DNA of 64,000 nucleotides from an uncultured bacterium (GCA_963749495.1 CAVVMW010000007.1:128001-192000), one strand, 5' to 3'. Numbered from the stretch's first letter, positions 40,812 to 53,004 are shown. The notes: a model not told the origin generated them from the sequence alone. Program-made: numbers and translations.

Positions 40812-41752
40812 CTACTGAGAAGGGGTTGCAAGAGTCCAAGAAGGGCGCGGGTTCGCGGCTGGGATTGTTGCTGGGAGCGGGGGCCATACTGTTTTGGTCA
40901 TTTGGCTCGTCGCTGGTCTTCCTGGGGGCGCGGCAGATGGGGACGTGGCCGTTTGTGGCGCTGAGTTCACTGACCGGAGGGGTACTGCAACTGGGCTGGC
41001 GGCGGGTGTATCACGGGGAATTGCGGAGCGCGGTGCGGCTGCCCTGGCGGCTCTGGGCGGTGCCGGTGTGCTGTTTTGTGATGTATGGGCTGGCCTGGCC
41101 GTGGGCCCTGTCGGCCTCGACTGCCCGGCAAGTCTTCGGGGTCAACCTTGTCAATTATCTCTGGCCGATTCTGACGGTGGTCTTGAGCGCCTGGTGGGTG
41201 CCGGGAGTGCGCCTGACGGGGCGGTTGGCAGCGGCGATGCTGCTGGCGCTGGCAGGGCTGCTGTTGGTCAACCTGCCGCAAATACGGGAGGCGGTTTTGT
41301 CCGGCACGTCGGGCGGGGTGTCTCGGGGCGATAGTCTGCTGCCCTATCTGCTGGCGTCGGTGGCGGCGGTCACTTGGGGGGTTTATTCGGCGATCCTGGC
41401 GCGGTGGCGCGGTTGGGCGCAGGATTATGCGACCAGCCCGATCGGGTTTGTCATCATCGGCCTGGTCGCCTGCGCAGTCATAGGGCTGGGCGGGGGCATG
41501 CCGGCCAAGGCGGTCCCGTCGGCGCGGGGCCTGACGCTCCTGTATGGAGCCGGACCCTTGGCAGCGGGCTACCTATTGTGGGAGATAGCGCTGCCGCGGG
41601 CCAAGGTCCAGACCCTGGGCCTCATCGCCGCCGCCACGCCGGTTTTGTCCACGTTCCTGCTTTGTTTTTTCCTGAGGAAGCCGCCTGGCCTGGAACTGAT
41701 CACCGCCGCGCTCCTGGTCAGCGGCGGAGTGATCCTGAGCATGAGAGAGTAA
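40808..41752 (+). CDS. DMT/EamA family transporter (YddG-like)
   Basis: About 10 TM segments, NYLWPILTV, WGVYS, TPVLST. Confidence 0.88.
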   Translation: MTTEKGLQESKKGAGSRLGLLLGAGAILFWSFGSSLVFLGARQMGTWPFVALSSLTGGVLQLGWRRVYHGELRSAVRLPWRLWAVPVCCFVMYGLAWPWALSASTARQVFGVNLVNYLWPILTVVLSAWWVPGVRLTGRLAAAMLLALAGLLLVNLPQIREAVLSGTSGGVSRGDSLLPYLLASVAAVTWGVYSAILARWRGWAQDYATSPIGFVIIGLVACAVIGLGGGMPAKAVPSARGLTLLYGAGPLAAGYLLWEIALPRAKVQTLGLIAAATPVLSTFLLCFFLRKPPGLELITAALLVSGGVILSMRE

Positions 41753-41829
41753 ACGTGGGCACGTCGAGCTTGAAGTCTGACCGGTCCGACTCGTCTGACC
41801 TGTCTGACTCGTCTGACGCGCGACATCCT

Positions 41830-42216
41830 TTACTCCAGCCGCGAGGCAAGCCAGAAGAGCCAGGCGCCCAGGGCCATAGCGAAGATGCACAATGCGATGC
41901 CGGCCAGGTCCAGGAGCCCCTCGGCCTTAACGACCACGCGCACGGCCAGGCCCACGAGCAGCAAATCGGCCACCAGCAACGAGGCCCGGACGAGCCTTCG
42001 GGCCCGGGACGGCCCAGGGGGCTGCGGGCCGGGTTGGGTCTGCGGCTGCCCGGCGCCGTTGCCGCGCACCAGCGCGGCCATGCCCGGCGAGAGGCCCTCC
42101 GGCTTGGGAGCGAGCCCCTCCGCTGCCGCCGACGGGGCCGGCGGTGGCGTCTTGGTCCCCCTCATCAGAGGGCCCAGCCCGCGGCCAAGGGCCGGTTTTG
42201 TGACTCGCTCACTCAC
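41830..42216 (-). CDS. Small membrane protein with N-terminal KPALGRGL peptide, Pro-rich linker and two C-terminal TM helices
   Basis: GTG start at 42216 gives MSERVTKPALGRGLGPLM; hydrophobic C-terminus. Confidence 0.7.
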   Translation of the reverse strand: MSERVTKPALGRGLGPLMRGTKTPPPAPSAAAEGLAPKPEGLSPGMAALVRGNGAGQPQTQPGPQPPGPSRARRLVRASLLVADLLLVGLAVRVVVKAEGLLDLAGIALCIFAMALGAWLFWLASRLE

Positions 42217-42480
42217 GTGATTCACAGGATAGCCCCGGAGCCGCCGAAGGAAAAGGGGCGGATTTTCGGAATGACGAATGACGAATGGAACGAATGCGGA
42301 GTGCGGAATGCGGAGTGTGGAGTGTTCCGGCGGGGGTGTTGGGTCTGGATTGCGGCGCGGGGAATGACGAATGACGAGAGCCATTTAGTGAGCATGCGTG
42401 GTCCTGGTTACTGGCCCGTTACCCGGGTTTGCCATTTTCTCTGGTCAGGCCAGTCCTGCTATGGCATTCTGGGTATGGTT

Positions 42481-42894
42481 ATGAATAAGAGCGCGACCTT
42501 GTCCATTAAGCTCAGTTTGGAAGAGCGGAAAGATTTGAACGATCTGAGCCGCTTCAAAGGGACGCCACCCACGGAGTTGGGCGCTCAGTTCATTGCTGAG
42601 GGTCTCCGCGCGGCGCGTTTCCCTGGTATCGAGTTCCGCAACACGCCCCTGGGTCGCATGGCGTATCTGAAGAACTCGCGTCTGGCGATCTGGCTTTTGC
42701 GTGAACTGGTCCGCCAGGCTGGCTCGGTCAAGAAGGTCGCTGCTCTGGTTGGCCGCTCCGCCGTCCAACTGCAAGGTGCGTTACTCTATGCGAAGGCTTT
42801 CCCGGAAGAGTTGGAAGCGGCCGCGCGCCTGAACAAGCGCGCCCCGGCGGCCCTCAATGAGACCTTGCCCGGTCACACGGTGTTCCGGGCGTGA
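42481..42894 (+). CDS. DUF433-like antitoxin/regulator
   Basis: RHH-like N-terminus; FPGIEFRNTPLGRMAYLKNSRLAIW; ALLYAKAFPEE. Confidence 0.7.
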   Translation: MNKSATLSIKLSLEERKDLNDLSRFKGTPPTELGAQFIAEGLRAARFPGIEFRNTPLGRMAYLKNSRLAIWLLRELVRQAGSVKKVAALVGRSAVQLQGALLYAKAFPEELEAAARLNKRAPAALNETLPGHTVFRA

Positions 42895-42920
42895 AAACTC
42901 TGATCAAAACACATCGGACT

Positions 42921-44202
42921 ATGAAAAATCGAACGACGCAGAGAGACTCTGAACCGCCGCCAGTTCATCCAGACGACTGCCGTGGCCAGCGCGGCGGTGG
43001 GTCTTATGAGCGGGGCGCCTTACGCGGCGCGGGGTCGCGTGCTCGGGGCCAACGACCAGGTTGGCATCGGGTTCATCGGGGTCGGCGGGCGCGGCTCCAG
43101 CCACGTGGGCACTGTGCAGCACCTCATCCAGGGCGGGGAGAAGCTCCGGATCGTGGCGGTCTGCGACGCCTACCGCTATCGGCTGGACGAGTCGGCCAAA
43201 GCAACGGGCGCCAAGGCCTATGGGCGGCACGCCGAACTGCTGGCCGACCCGAACGTGGATGCGGTGTGCATCGCCACGCCGGACCGGCTCCATGTGCCCC
43301 AGGCGCTCGATGCCATTCGCGCGGGCAAGGACGTTTACTGCGAAAAGCCAATGGGGCACTGGTCCCAATTCGCCCTCTCGAAGCAGTTCTACGAGGAGAC
43401 CATCAAATTGAACCGCGTGGTGCAGGTGGGCAACCAGGGCAACTCCAGCCCCGCCTGGCAGAAGGTGCGCGAACTGATCGGGCAGGGCGCCATCGGGCGC
43501 GTGCAGTTGGTCACTGCGGGCTTCTTCCGAAACGGCGATTGGGGCGAGCGGATGCCCATCCCGGACCGCGAGGCCAAGCCCGGGGCGGACCTGGACTGGG
43601 AGGCCTTCCTTGGGGACGCACCCAAGGTGCCCTTCACGGTGGACCGCTTCTTTAGCTGGCGCAAATACCTGGACTATGCCGGCGGGCCTTGCACCGACCT
43701 GTTCCCGCACGTCTTCACGCCTTTCGTGAGCGCCCTCGGCCTGAAGTTCCCCACCCGCGCCGTCGCCTCCGGCGGCATCTTCAAATACACGACCTACGAC
43801 CGCGAGGTGCCCGATACGTTCAACATGTGCCTGGATTACCCTGAAAAGCTCTCGATCGTCATCCCCTGCTCCCTGGCCAACGATTATCCCCCCGAGGCCG
43901 CCATTCGGGGAGACGAGGGCACCCTCACGCTTCAGAATCCAGGCGAGTGGAACATCGGCTTCGACAGCGTCACCGTCCTGCCCGTCAAAGGGCAAGCGCG
44001 CGTCTTCCCCGCCCAAAAAATGGATACGACGCCGCTGCACTGGCAGAACTTCATCCGTTGCGTGCGGAGCCGCGAAAAGCCCGTGAGCAACGTCCAGTTC
44101 GGGTTGCACGTCCAGGCCGCCCTCAACATGGCCATGCTCAGTCTCCTCAAGGAGAAGGTGGCGAAGTTCGATCCGGCAAGGCAAGACATTGTGCTATGCT
44201 AG
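42921..44202 (+). CDS. Tat-exported Gfo/Idh/MocA oxidoreductase, frameshift near 42945
   Basis: LNRRQFIQT signal in the main frame, GFIGVGGRG, ATPDRLH, DVYCEKP, QVGNQ. Confidence 0.9.
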
Positions 44203-44267
44203 GCGGAGCGGGCAGAATCGAACGCAGAATCATTTAGGGCAAAATCATTAGAAGAAGAGATTCTGCC

Positions 44268-44324
44268 TTCGTCATTCGTCATTCGTCATTCGTCATTCGT
44301 CATTCCGCACTCCGCATTCCGCAC

Positions 44325-44326
<2 letters not shown>
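44268..44326. repeat. Heptamer tandem repeats (TTCGTCA)x5 plus (CCGCAYT)x3
   Basis: Directly visible; reverse complement of the array at 42269-42378. Confidence 0.85.
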
Positions 44327-45850
<1,524 letters not shown>

Positions 45851-45986
45851 AAGTTCTTTGTCCTTTGCCAGTTCCAGTTGCCGATCTCGGTTCTGTTTCA
45901 CTGCAACCGTCGGTTCCTGTGTTCCAATCAATAGACAGCACCTCCATGACAGGGGCCTTTCCCGGGGATTACAAATTTGAAAGGCC

Positions 45987-46448
45987 TCAGATCACGTAAT
46001 CCGGGCTTTCCAGCGGCCGGCCCTGGAGTTGGCGCGAGCGTTCGCACAGCTCGGCCAGGGTCACCCGCTCGGCTATCTCCACCACCGCATCGCGGATTTC
46101 CTTCATCACGCTGCGGACCGCGCACCGGGATTCGTCCGGGCAGGAGCACTTGGCATAGAACCGCTGGCTCACGCATCGCACCGGGGCCAGCGCCCCCTCG
46201 ATGTGCCGCACCACTGCCGCCAGGGTTATCTGCTCCGGCCTCTGCGCCAGCCGGTAGCCCCCCGAGACCCCGCGCTTGCTGCGGACAAAACCGCCGGACT
46301 GGAGGTCGTTGAGGATCTGCTCCAGGAACCTCTTGGGAATGTTCTGCTGCTCGGAGATGGTTTGAATCCGCACCACCGCCTGGCCCTCGTGCAGCCCCAG
46401 CACCAGCAGCGCCCGCAAGGCATACTCCCCACGCAGCGTGAGTTTCAT
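45987..46448 (-). CDS. Rrf2 family transcriptional regulator
   Basis: RGEYALRAL, FLEQIL, SKRG..GGYRL, Cys cluster CVS..CSCP..C. Confidence 0.93.
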   Translation of the reverse strand: MKLTLRGEYALRALLVLGLHEGQAVVRIQTISEQQNIPKRFLEQILNDLQSGGFVRSKRGVSGGYRLAQRPEQITLAAVVRHIEGALAPVRCVSQRFYAKCSCPDESRCAVRSVMKEIRDAVVEIAERVTLAELCERSRQLQGRPLESPDYVI

Positions 46449-46561
46449 GGGGCTACTATATAATCCACACTGGGAAACTCAAGATTCCGGGAAAAAAGTG
46501 AACCTTTTGCCCGGCTGGCGTTATTAACGGGCAGAATGAACTGCCAAACCCGAAAGGAACC

Positions 46562-47827
46562 ATGAAGATTTGCACTTCGATTTGTTCGTCTTTGCTCATC
46601 GCGGCGGTGGGCACATTTTGCGCCGCAGGCCAGCCGTCCCGCACCGATATCAATCCTGCGCTGCTTTACTACCAGGCATTCCTGGTTGCGCCGGAGCCGC
46701 TGTCTGAGGCGGATGACGCTTACCTGTATTCGAAAGAGGGGCGCAGCCAGCCGCTGCCGGAACGATTCGGCGCGCTGTTTGAAGGCTACGACAACCAGTT
46801 CAAGCTGGTGCGGCAGGCGGCGCAGGCCACTGTGCCGTGCGACTGGGGCCTGGATTGGAGCGCTGGCCCCTCGACACTGCTGCCCCACCTGGCTCGCGCC
46901 AAGGCGGTCGCCCAAGCATCGAGGTTCCGCGTCGTGTGGGAGTTGCAGCACGATCGCCAGGCCGACGCGCGCGATGACTTGCTCGCCTCGTTCGCCCTGG
47001 CCAGGAATGTCACCCGGAACGGCCCCCTGATCTCCGTGCTGGTCCAAAACGCCATCGAGGCCATCAATTGCTCGACCGTGGCGGAGAATTTCGGACGGTT
47101 TTCTCCGGAGACCTTGCAAGAGTTGGAGGCGGGGCTGGAGAGGCTGCCGGCGCGGACCACGGTGGCGCAGTCCGACATGGGTGAGAGGGTACTTTGCCAG
47201 GACTGGCTGTTGCACAAAATAGCGGACTTGCAGAAGGCCAACCCGGGCAACGATGCCAAGGTGATGGCGGCCTTGAGTCAACTGTTGTCCAGCCCTGGCA
47301 ATCCGGACCAGAGCGAGGAGGATCCCTGGGCGCAACTCAGCCGGGCTGCGGGCGGGACCAGCGATGGGGTGGCCAAGCTGGTGCGGGACGCCGAATCGTT
47401 TGTCCAGAAGATGCCAGACATCCTGGCGGTGCCCTACGGGGAGTTCGAATCCCGCATGGCGCAGGTCAAAGCCGAGGCGGCGCAAACGGCCAACCCGCTC
47501 ATCTCGAACTTTGTGCCCTCCCTGGAACCAGCGCGCTTGAGGGAATTCAGAGTGCTGGCCTGCCTGGCCCAGGTGCGCGCGGCCGTGGAATACAAGCTGC
47601 ACGGCGAGCCCGGATTGCAGAGCGTGGCCGACCCGTGCGGCCAAGGGCCCTTTGGCTTCCGGCGCTTTGTCTTGGAGGGCGTTGATCGCGGTTTCGAGCT
47701 CAAATCCGCGCACGACATCGGCCGCAGCAAGGGCGTGCTCATCTTTGTCGAGACAGCGGGTCCGGCCTTCCGGGTCAATGGGCCGTATGCGGGCCAGGCT
47801 ATAACCAACTCGGCCTCGCAACGCTGA
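46562..47827 (+). CDS. Exported hypothetical protein
   Basis: Signal peptide, NPALLYYQAF, CDWG, LPHL, helical body. Confidence 0.75.
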   Translation: MKICTSICSSLLIAAVGTFCAAGQPSRTDINPALLYYQAFLVAPEPLSEADDAYLYSKEGRSQPLPERFGALFEGYDNQFKLVRQAAQATVPCDWGLDWSAGPSTLLPHLARAKAVAQASRFRVVWELQHDRQADARDDLLASFALARNVTRNGPLISVLVQNAIEAINCSTVAENFGRFSPETLQELEAGLERLPARTTVAQSDMGERVLCQDWLLHKIADLQKANPGNDAKVMAALSQLLSSPGNPDQSEEDPWAQLSRAAGGTSDGVAKLVRDAESFVQKMPDILAVPYGEFESRMAQVKAEAAQTANPLISNFVPSLEPARLREFRVLACLAQVRAAVEYKLHGEPGLQSVADPCGQGPFGFRRFVLEGVDRGFELKSAHDIGRSKGVLIFVETAGPAFRVNGPYAGQAITNSASQR

Positions 47828-47856
47828 ACTAAATCGAACCACGTGATTGTGGCAGA

Positions 47857-47938
47857 GCCTTTGTCGCGGCCTTTGTCGCAGCCTTTGTCGAGGAATGGCG
47901 CACTCGACAAAGGCCCCGACAAAGGCCGCGACAAAGGT
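47857..47938. repeat. Inverted 12-mer tandem repeats (GCCTTTGTCGCR)x3 / (CGACAAAGGCCN)x3
   Basis: Directly visible. Confidence 0.85.
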
Positions 47939-48020
47939 CCAAAACCCCATGAGTGTGCCCATGTTGCTTGGTCCGATTTAGACGAGTGACGGTTTTTGAA
48001 CCAACGTGTCTAAAGGGAAG

Positions 48021-48653
48021 ATGTCTGCCATCAACGCAACCTTCATGAACCTCGGAACCTCAGACGCCGGGGAGTTGCTGGACCGGGCGCGAGCCGGCGA
48101 TGCCGAGGCGTTTTGCGAGGTTTGCCGCGTCTATGAGGCGGGCCTGCTGCGCCAGGCCACGGCCCTCTGCCGCAACCCTGCTCTGGCCGAGGACCTGGCC
48201 CAGGACACCCTGGTGGAGGCCTGGAAGAGCCTGCGCCGCTATAATGGGCGCTGCCGGTTTTTCACCTGGCTCTGTGCCATCCTCTTGAATCGCTATCGCA
48301 ATACCGTCCGCGCCGGGCGTCCTTTCCTGGGCTTGACGAGGCCCGACGAGGACGAAGCCCATGGCCGCCTGGAGCGATTGACCGATGGCCAGGCCGGCCC
48401 CGACCAGGCGCTCCAGTTGCGCGAGCAGGCCGCGCTGGTCCGCAGATGCGTGCAAGCGCTGCCCCTCAAGCACCAACAGGTCATTTACCTGCGCTTCTTC
48501 GTCAATGATTCACTGGAAGGGATTGCCGCGGCCCTGGGTTGTTCCGTGGGCACAGTCAAATCGCGCCTGTTCCATGCCCTGGACAAACTCCGGGCGATGA
48601 AAGAGCTTGGCACATTGGCGGGCCAGCTCGAAACCAAAGAGCCGAGTCTATGA
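48021..48653 (+). CDS. ECF RNA polymerase sigma factor
   Basis: AEDLAQD, FFTWL, IAAALGCSVGTVKSRL. Confidence 0.92.
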   Translation: MSAINATFMNLGTSDAGELLDRARAGDAEAFCEVCRVYEAGLLRQATALCRNPALAEDLAQDTLVEAWKSLRRYNGRCRFFTWLCAILLNRYRNTVRAGRPFLGLTRPDEDEAHGRLERLTDGQAGPDQALQLREQAALVRRCVQALPLKHQQVIYLRFFVNDSLEGIAAALGCSVGTVKSRLFHALDKLRAMKELGTLAGQLETKEPSL

Positions 48654-49225
48654 AACCCTGTGCGAGAAACCGGAAACGGATTGCCTGGCTGGCATTGGGG
48701 GCGCTTGAGGCGCCCGAAGCGGAGCAACTGCGCGCCCATCTTCACACCTGCGCTCGCTGCCGCAGTTGCTTCGAGGAACTGACGAAGGTCACGGCCGCGA
48801 TTCGGAATGCCGAGCCGGACGCAAGCCTGACCGTCCCCCCTTCATTTCACCGCCGGGTCGCAACTGCTCTGCGGGCGGAGGCCTCGCGCCCCTTCCGGGC
48901 GGTCCTGGCGGAGTCGCTTCGCAGGCTTGTGCTGGACCCGCGGGTCGCGCTGCCCGTGGCCGGGGCGCTGGTCGCAACGCTCGTCGCGGTGTCCGCCCTG
49001 CGGCTAGGCCCTCCGGTGGACCGTCCGGCGCCATCGCCGGTCCAAGCCCCGGCGGCGCTTCACCTCACGAGCGACCTGGCGCCCACATTGGCCAACTACC
49101 AAAGCGTGGCCAACCGCTCGCTGGACCAGTTGGATGAGCTGCTCACCCGCCAAGGGAGCAAGGGCCTGGCCCGGGCGCCTGTCTTCACCGCCTCGGCCCT
49201 GGCAATGCCCAACGGCCCGGATTGA
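48650..49225 (+). CDS. Zinc-binding (HxxxCxxC) membrane anti-sigma factor
   Basis: HLHTCARC, one TM segment, ATGA overlap with the sigma gene. Confidence 0.88.
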   Translation: MKPCARNRKRIAWLALGALEAPEAEQLRAHLHTCARCRSCFEELTKVTAAIRNAEPDASLTVPPSFHRRVATALRAEASRPFRAVLAESLRRLVLDPRVALPVAGALVATLVAVSALRLGPPVDRPAPSPVQAPAALHLTSDLAPTLANYQSVANRSLDQLDELLTRQGSKGLARAPVFTASALAMPNGPD

Positions 49226-49240
49226 CTAGGTCTGCCGGGA

Positions 49241-49541
49241 TCATGGCGGCGAACCCACCTCAATCTCGTAGAGCCTTGGCCCGATGATGCGGTGGGCGTA
49301 GCGGAACGATTCGACCAGCAGAATGGAAAAGACCACTACCACGACTGCGAGAATGATGGCGCTCCACCAGTGGCGCGGCCGGAACTTCTCGACCGAGGGA
49401 GCGTAGGCTATCAGGCCGAAGAATCAGGAAGACCATAATCCGCGCCAGCATGAAGGTCAGCAGAAAGACGAAGAAGACGGTGCGGGCCAGGTAGGTCTTG
49501 TCCGCCCGGTCCAGCGCAGTGGTGTCATTGGGCTCAGCCAT
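49241..49541 (-). pseudogene. Small membrane protein remnant
   Basis: Hydrophobic N-terminus (LARTVFFVFLLTFMLARIMVFLI) and hydrophobic C-terminus (FGLIAYAPSVEKFRPRHWWSAIIL) lie in different frames, joined near 49420. Confidence 0.5.
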
Positions 49542-49573
49542 ATCGTGCATGTACGCCTCTCAGCCCGGCGCGC

Positions 49574-49881
49574 GCAACAGCGGAGTGAAAAGGGGTACGA
49601 TGAAAACTGTCGGTCAGCCCGCGGCGCCTTTTTGTCCCGGAGGGACATCCGACAATAGCCCGGCGTTTCAACGCCGGGTGAACGGACCCAACGAGCAGGT
49701 CCGTCCCGAAGGGACGGTTGAAAGCAAGGAGTGTTCTCAGTCGTCCCGTCGGGACGAGGGGTCCCTTTTGTGGCGTCCCCGGCGTTGAAACGCCGGGCTA
49801 TTGTCAGATGTCCCTCCGGGACAAAGCTCCCAGGGCGCATGCCCGACGCTCTTAATCGCACCCCTCTCACGCCGCTGTGTG
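49574..49881. repeat. Large nested palindrome: family E REP (49631-49825) inside outer imperfect inverted arms
   Basis: TTTGTCCCGGAGGGACATCCGACAATAGCCCGGCGTTTCAACGCCGGG and its near-exact reverse complement; outer ACAGCGGAGTGAAAAGGGGTACGA versus TCGCACCCCTCTCACGCCGCTGT. Confidence 0.85.
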
Positions 49882-49933
49882 CATGTCCACATAAGCGCCC
49901 CTGCCGGCACTCTGCGGCCACCCGATGCAATAG

Positions 49934-49962
49934 AAAAAGGCGAGCCGGCAACGGCTCGCCTT
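49934..49962 (-). terminator. Intrinsic terminator of rpsO-pnp
   Basis: Minus strand AAGGCGAGCCG-TTGC-CGGCTCGCC-TTTTT, about 20 nt after the pnp stop. Confidence 0.85.
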
Positions 49963-49983
49963 CGTCAATGAACGCCTGGACGA

Positions 49984-52900
49984 TTATTGTTGCTCCGGGG
50001 GTTCTTCCCGATGCTCCCCGCTGGACGTGTGCTCGGGGCCTTCGCCACCCCGGTTGCCGCCCTCGCCCCCTTCACCCCGGGTGCCGCGCTCGCCCCTGTC
50101 ACCCTGGCCGCCACGCTCGTTACCTTCGCCGCCGCGGTTGCCGCGCTCGGCCCGGTCTCCCTGACCGCCACGCTCGGCTCGTCGCTCGCTGCGCTCGCCT
50201 CCTTGGCCGCTACGCTCGCCGCCCCGCTCGCCGCGCTCACCGCGGTCGCTGCGCTCGGCTCCCCGCTCGCTGCCCTCGCCTCCCACGTCGGCGCGGTCAC
50301 CGCGCTCACCGCGGTCTTCCCGCTCTTGAGTCCCGCCGCGCTCGCCGCCCCGATCCAGGCGATCTCCGCGTTCCCCTCGGCCTTCACGGTCTGCGTAGCT
50401 GCTGCGCTCGCCACGGTCGGTACGCTCGCCACGGTCGCCACGGTCTGCGTATCCGCCGCGCTCGCCGCGGTCACCTGCCCGCTCGCCTCGGTCGCCTACG
50501 CGCTCGCCTCGGTCGCCTACGCGCTCCCCGCGCTCGCCTACCCGCTCACCGCGGTCGCCTGCCCGCTCGCCGCGGTCGCCTGCCCGCTCACCGCGGTCAC
50601 CCACTCGCTCGCCGCGGTCACCTACCCGCTCACCTCGGTCGCCTACCCGCTCGCCTCGGTCGCCTACCCGCTCGCCTCGGTCGCCGCGTCCGCTCCGCTC
50701 TGCGTGCCCGCCACGATCACCCCGGTCGCCGCGCCCGCCGCGATCGCCCCGGTCGCCGCGCCCGCCGCGATCGCCCCGATCCCGGCGTTCGCCCCGGTCA
50801 CTCCGCTCGCCCCGGTGCTCGCTGCGCTCGGGTTGGCCGCCTGGTTCTTCCCGGTGCTCGCCGGTTTCGGTCTGGCCTGACATCTGTTGGTCGCGTTCGG
50901 CCATGGCGGCCCTGCGGGAGAGTCTGACCCGGCCCTTTTCGTCCACGCCCAGGCACTTGACCATGATCTCGTCGCCCAGCTTGACGATGTCCTCGGTCTG
51001 CTTGACGCGGAAGTTGGCCAGTTCACTGATGTGGACCAGGCCATCCTTGCCGGGGAGGAATTCGACGAAGGCGCCGAACTCCTTGATGGTGACGACCTTG
51101 CCGCGATAGATCTTGCCGATCTCCGCCTCGGCAGTCATGCCCAGGACGGCGTCGCGGGCGATCTTCATGCCTTCTTCGGAGACGGAGTAGATGTTGACGG
51201 TGCCGTCGTCCTCGATGTTGATTTCGCAGCCGGACTCTTCGACGAGTTTCTTGATATTCTTGCCGCCGGGGCCGATGAGAGCGCCAATCTTTTCCGGGTT
51301 GATCTTGATGGTCTCGATGCGCGGGGCGTACTTGCTCAACTCCTTGCGGGAGGCGCCCAGGGTCTTGGCCATCTCGGCCAGGACGTGCAGGCGGGCGAGG
51401 CGGGCGCGCTCGACGGCCTCGGCCATGAGCGCGTAGGGGATGCCGCGCAGCTTGAGGTCAAGCTGGAAGCCGGTGATGCCTTTGTCGGTGCCGGCGATCT
51501 TGCAGTCCATGTCGCAGAAGGCGTCTTCCCAGCCGATGATGTCGGTCAGGAGCTTGGCGCGTGAGATGCGGTCCTTGTCGTCGTGCTCGGTGCAGAGGCC
51601 GATGCTGATGCCGGCGACGGGGCGGGTCATGGGCACGCCGGCATCCATGAGGGCGAGCGACCCGCCGCAGACGGTGGCCATCGAGGTGGAGCCGTTGGAT
51701 TCCATGATCTCGCTGGTGATGCGGATGGAATAGGGGTAGGTCTCGAGGGGGACCATGGGTTCGAGGGAGCGTTCGGCCAGTGCGCCGTGTCCGATCTCGC
51801 GCCGGCCCGGGCCGCTGATGCGGCCGGTTTCACCGACGGAGAAGTTGGGGAAGTTGTAGTGGAGGATGAATTTCTTTTCGCTGGCGCCGCCGGTGTAGGC
51901 GTCGAATTCCTGGGCATCCTCGCCGGTGCCCAGGGTGCAGAGGGTCACTGCCTGGGTCTCGCCGCGCTGGAAGAGGGCCGAGCCGTGGGCGCGGGGCAGG
52001 ATGCCGACCTCGCTGAGGATCGGGCGGACCTGGTCCAGGCCGCGCCCGTCCAGGCGCTTGTCCTGGTTCATGATCAGGCCGCGGACGGCCTCCTTCTGGA
52101 TGTAGTAGAAGGCGTCTTTGAGGACGAAGTCAGTCACCTTCTCCTGGCCGAACTTTTCGACAAGCCGCTTGCCGATCTCGTCGGTGAGGGCCGTGACGGC
52201 GGACTCACGGGCGAGCTTGCCCGGGGTCAGCAACGCGCTAATGATGCGGTCGCCGGCCAGGGCCTTGGCTTGGGCAAGGACTTCCTCGGGGACGATATTG
52301 AGGGTGACCTGGCGTTTGGGTTTGCCGGCACGGGCGGCCAAATCCCGCTGGGCGGCGATGGCGGGCTGAATGGCCTGGTGGCCGAACTGGAGGGCGGCGT
52401 TGAAATCGGCCTCGCTGACCTCCTTGGCGGAGCCTTCGAACATGACCATGTCTGTCTGGTTGCCCACATAGACCAGGTCCAGGTCGCTCTCCAGGCTCTG
52501 GCTGTGGGTGGGGTTGGCGACAAACTGGCCGTTGACACGGCCGACACGGACGGCGCCCAGGGGCCCGTCCCAGGGGATATCGCTGACCATCAAGGCGGAG
52601 GAGGCGCCGAGGACGGCGAGGATGTCCGGGTCGTTTTCGCCATCGGCGCTCAGGACGATGCACTGGACCTGGACCTCGTTGTACCAGCCCCGGGGGAAGA
52701 GCGGGCGGATAGGCCGATCGATGAGCCTGGAGGTGAGAATCTCCTTTTCGGTGGGGCGCCCTTCGCGTTTGAAGTAGCCGCCGGGGAACTTGCCGGCGGC
52801 GGCGGCCTTCTCGCGGTAGTCCACGGTGAGGGGGAAGAACTCCTGGCCTTCTTTGGCCTTGGCGGCGCCCACGGCGGCGACAATGACGATGGTTTCACCC

Positions 52901-53004
52901 AGGCGAACGCTTACAGCGCCGTCGGCCTGTTTTGCGAGTTTCCCGGTTTCAATAGTGATTTGTTTGTCCCCAATGGAGACGGTGGCATTTTCTGGCATAT
53001 ACAC
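49984..53004 (-). CDS. pnp: Polyribonucleotide nucleotidyltransferase with ~300-aa low-complexity C-terminal tail
   Basis: [49 protein letters not shown] and S1 domains; downstream of rpsO. Confidence 0.98.
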   Translation of the reverse strand: MYMPENATVSIGDKQITIETGKLAKQADGAVSVRLGETIVIVAAVGAAKAKEGQEFFPLTVDYREKAAAAGKFPGGYFKREGRPTEKEILTSRLIDRPIRPLFPRGWYNEVQVQCIVLSADGENDPDILAVLGASSALMVSDIPWDGPLGAVRVGRVNGQFVANPTHSQSLESDLDLVYVGNQTDMVMFEGSAKEVSEADFNAALQFGHQAIQPAIAAQRDLAARAGKPKRQVTLNIVPEEVLAQAKALAGDRIISALLTPGKLARESAVTALTDEIGKRLVEKFGQEKVTDFVLKDAFYYIQKEAVRGLIMNQDKRLDGRGLDQVRPILSEVGILPRAHGSALFQRGETQAVTLCTLGTGEDAQEFDAYTGGASEKKFILHYNFPNFSVGETGRISGPGRREIGHGALAERSLEPMVPLETYPYSIRITSEIMESNGSTSMATVCGGSLALMDAGVPMTRPVAGISIGLCTEHDDKDRISRAKLLTDIIGWEDAFCDMDCKIAGTDKGITGFQLDLKLRGIPYALMAEAVERARLARLHVLAEMAKTLGASRKELSKYAPRIETIKINPEKIGALIGPGGKNIKKLVEESGCEINIEDDGTVNIYSVSEEGMKIARDAVLGMTAEAEIGKIYRGKVVTIKEFGAFVEFLPGKDGLVHISELANFRVKQTEDIVKLGDEIMVKCLGVDEKGRVRLSRRAAMAERDQQMSGQTETGEHREEPGGQPERSEHRGERSDRGERRDRGDRGGRGDRGDRGGRGDRGDRGGHAERSGRGDRGERVGDRGERVGDRGERVGDRGERVGDRGERAGDRGERAGDRGERVGERGERVGDRGERVGDRGERAGDRGERGGYADRGDRGERTDRGERSSYADREGRGERGDRLDRGGERGGTQEREDRGERGDRADVGGEGSERGAERSDRGERGERGGERSGQGGERSERRAERGGQGDRAERGNRGGEGNERGGQGDRGERGTRGEGGEGGNRGGEGPEHTSSGEHREEPPEQQ

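Noticed and set aside
50460..50690. 21-nt tandem array as CRISPR or non-coding VNTR
   Set aside because: No unique spacers; it is in frame within pnp and varies at codon level
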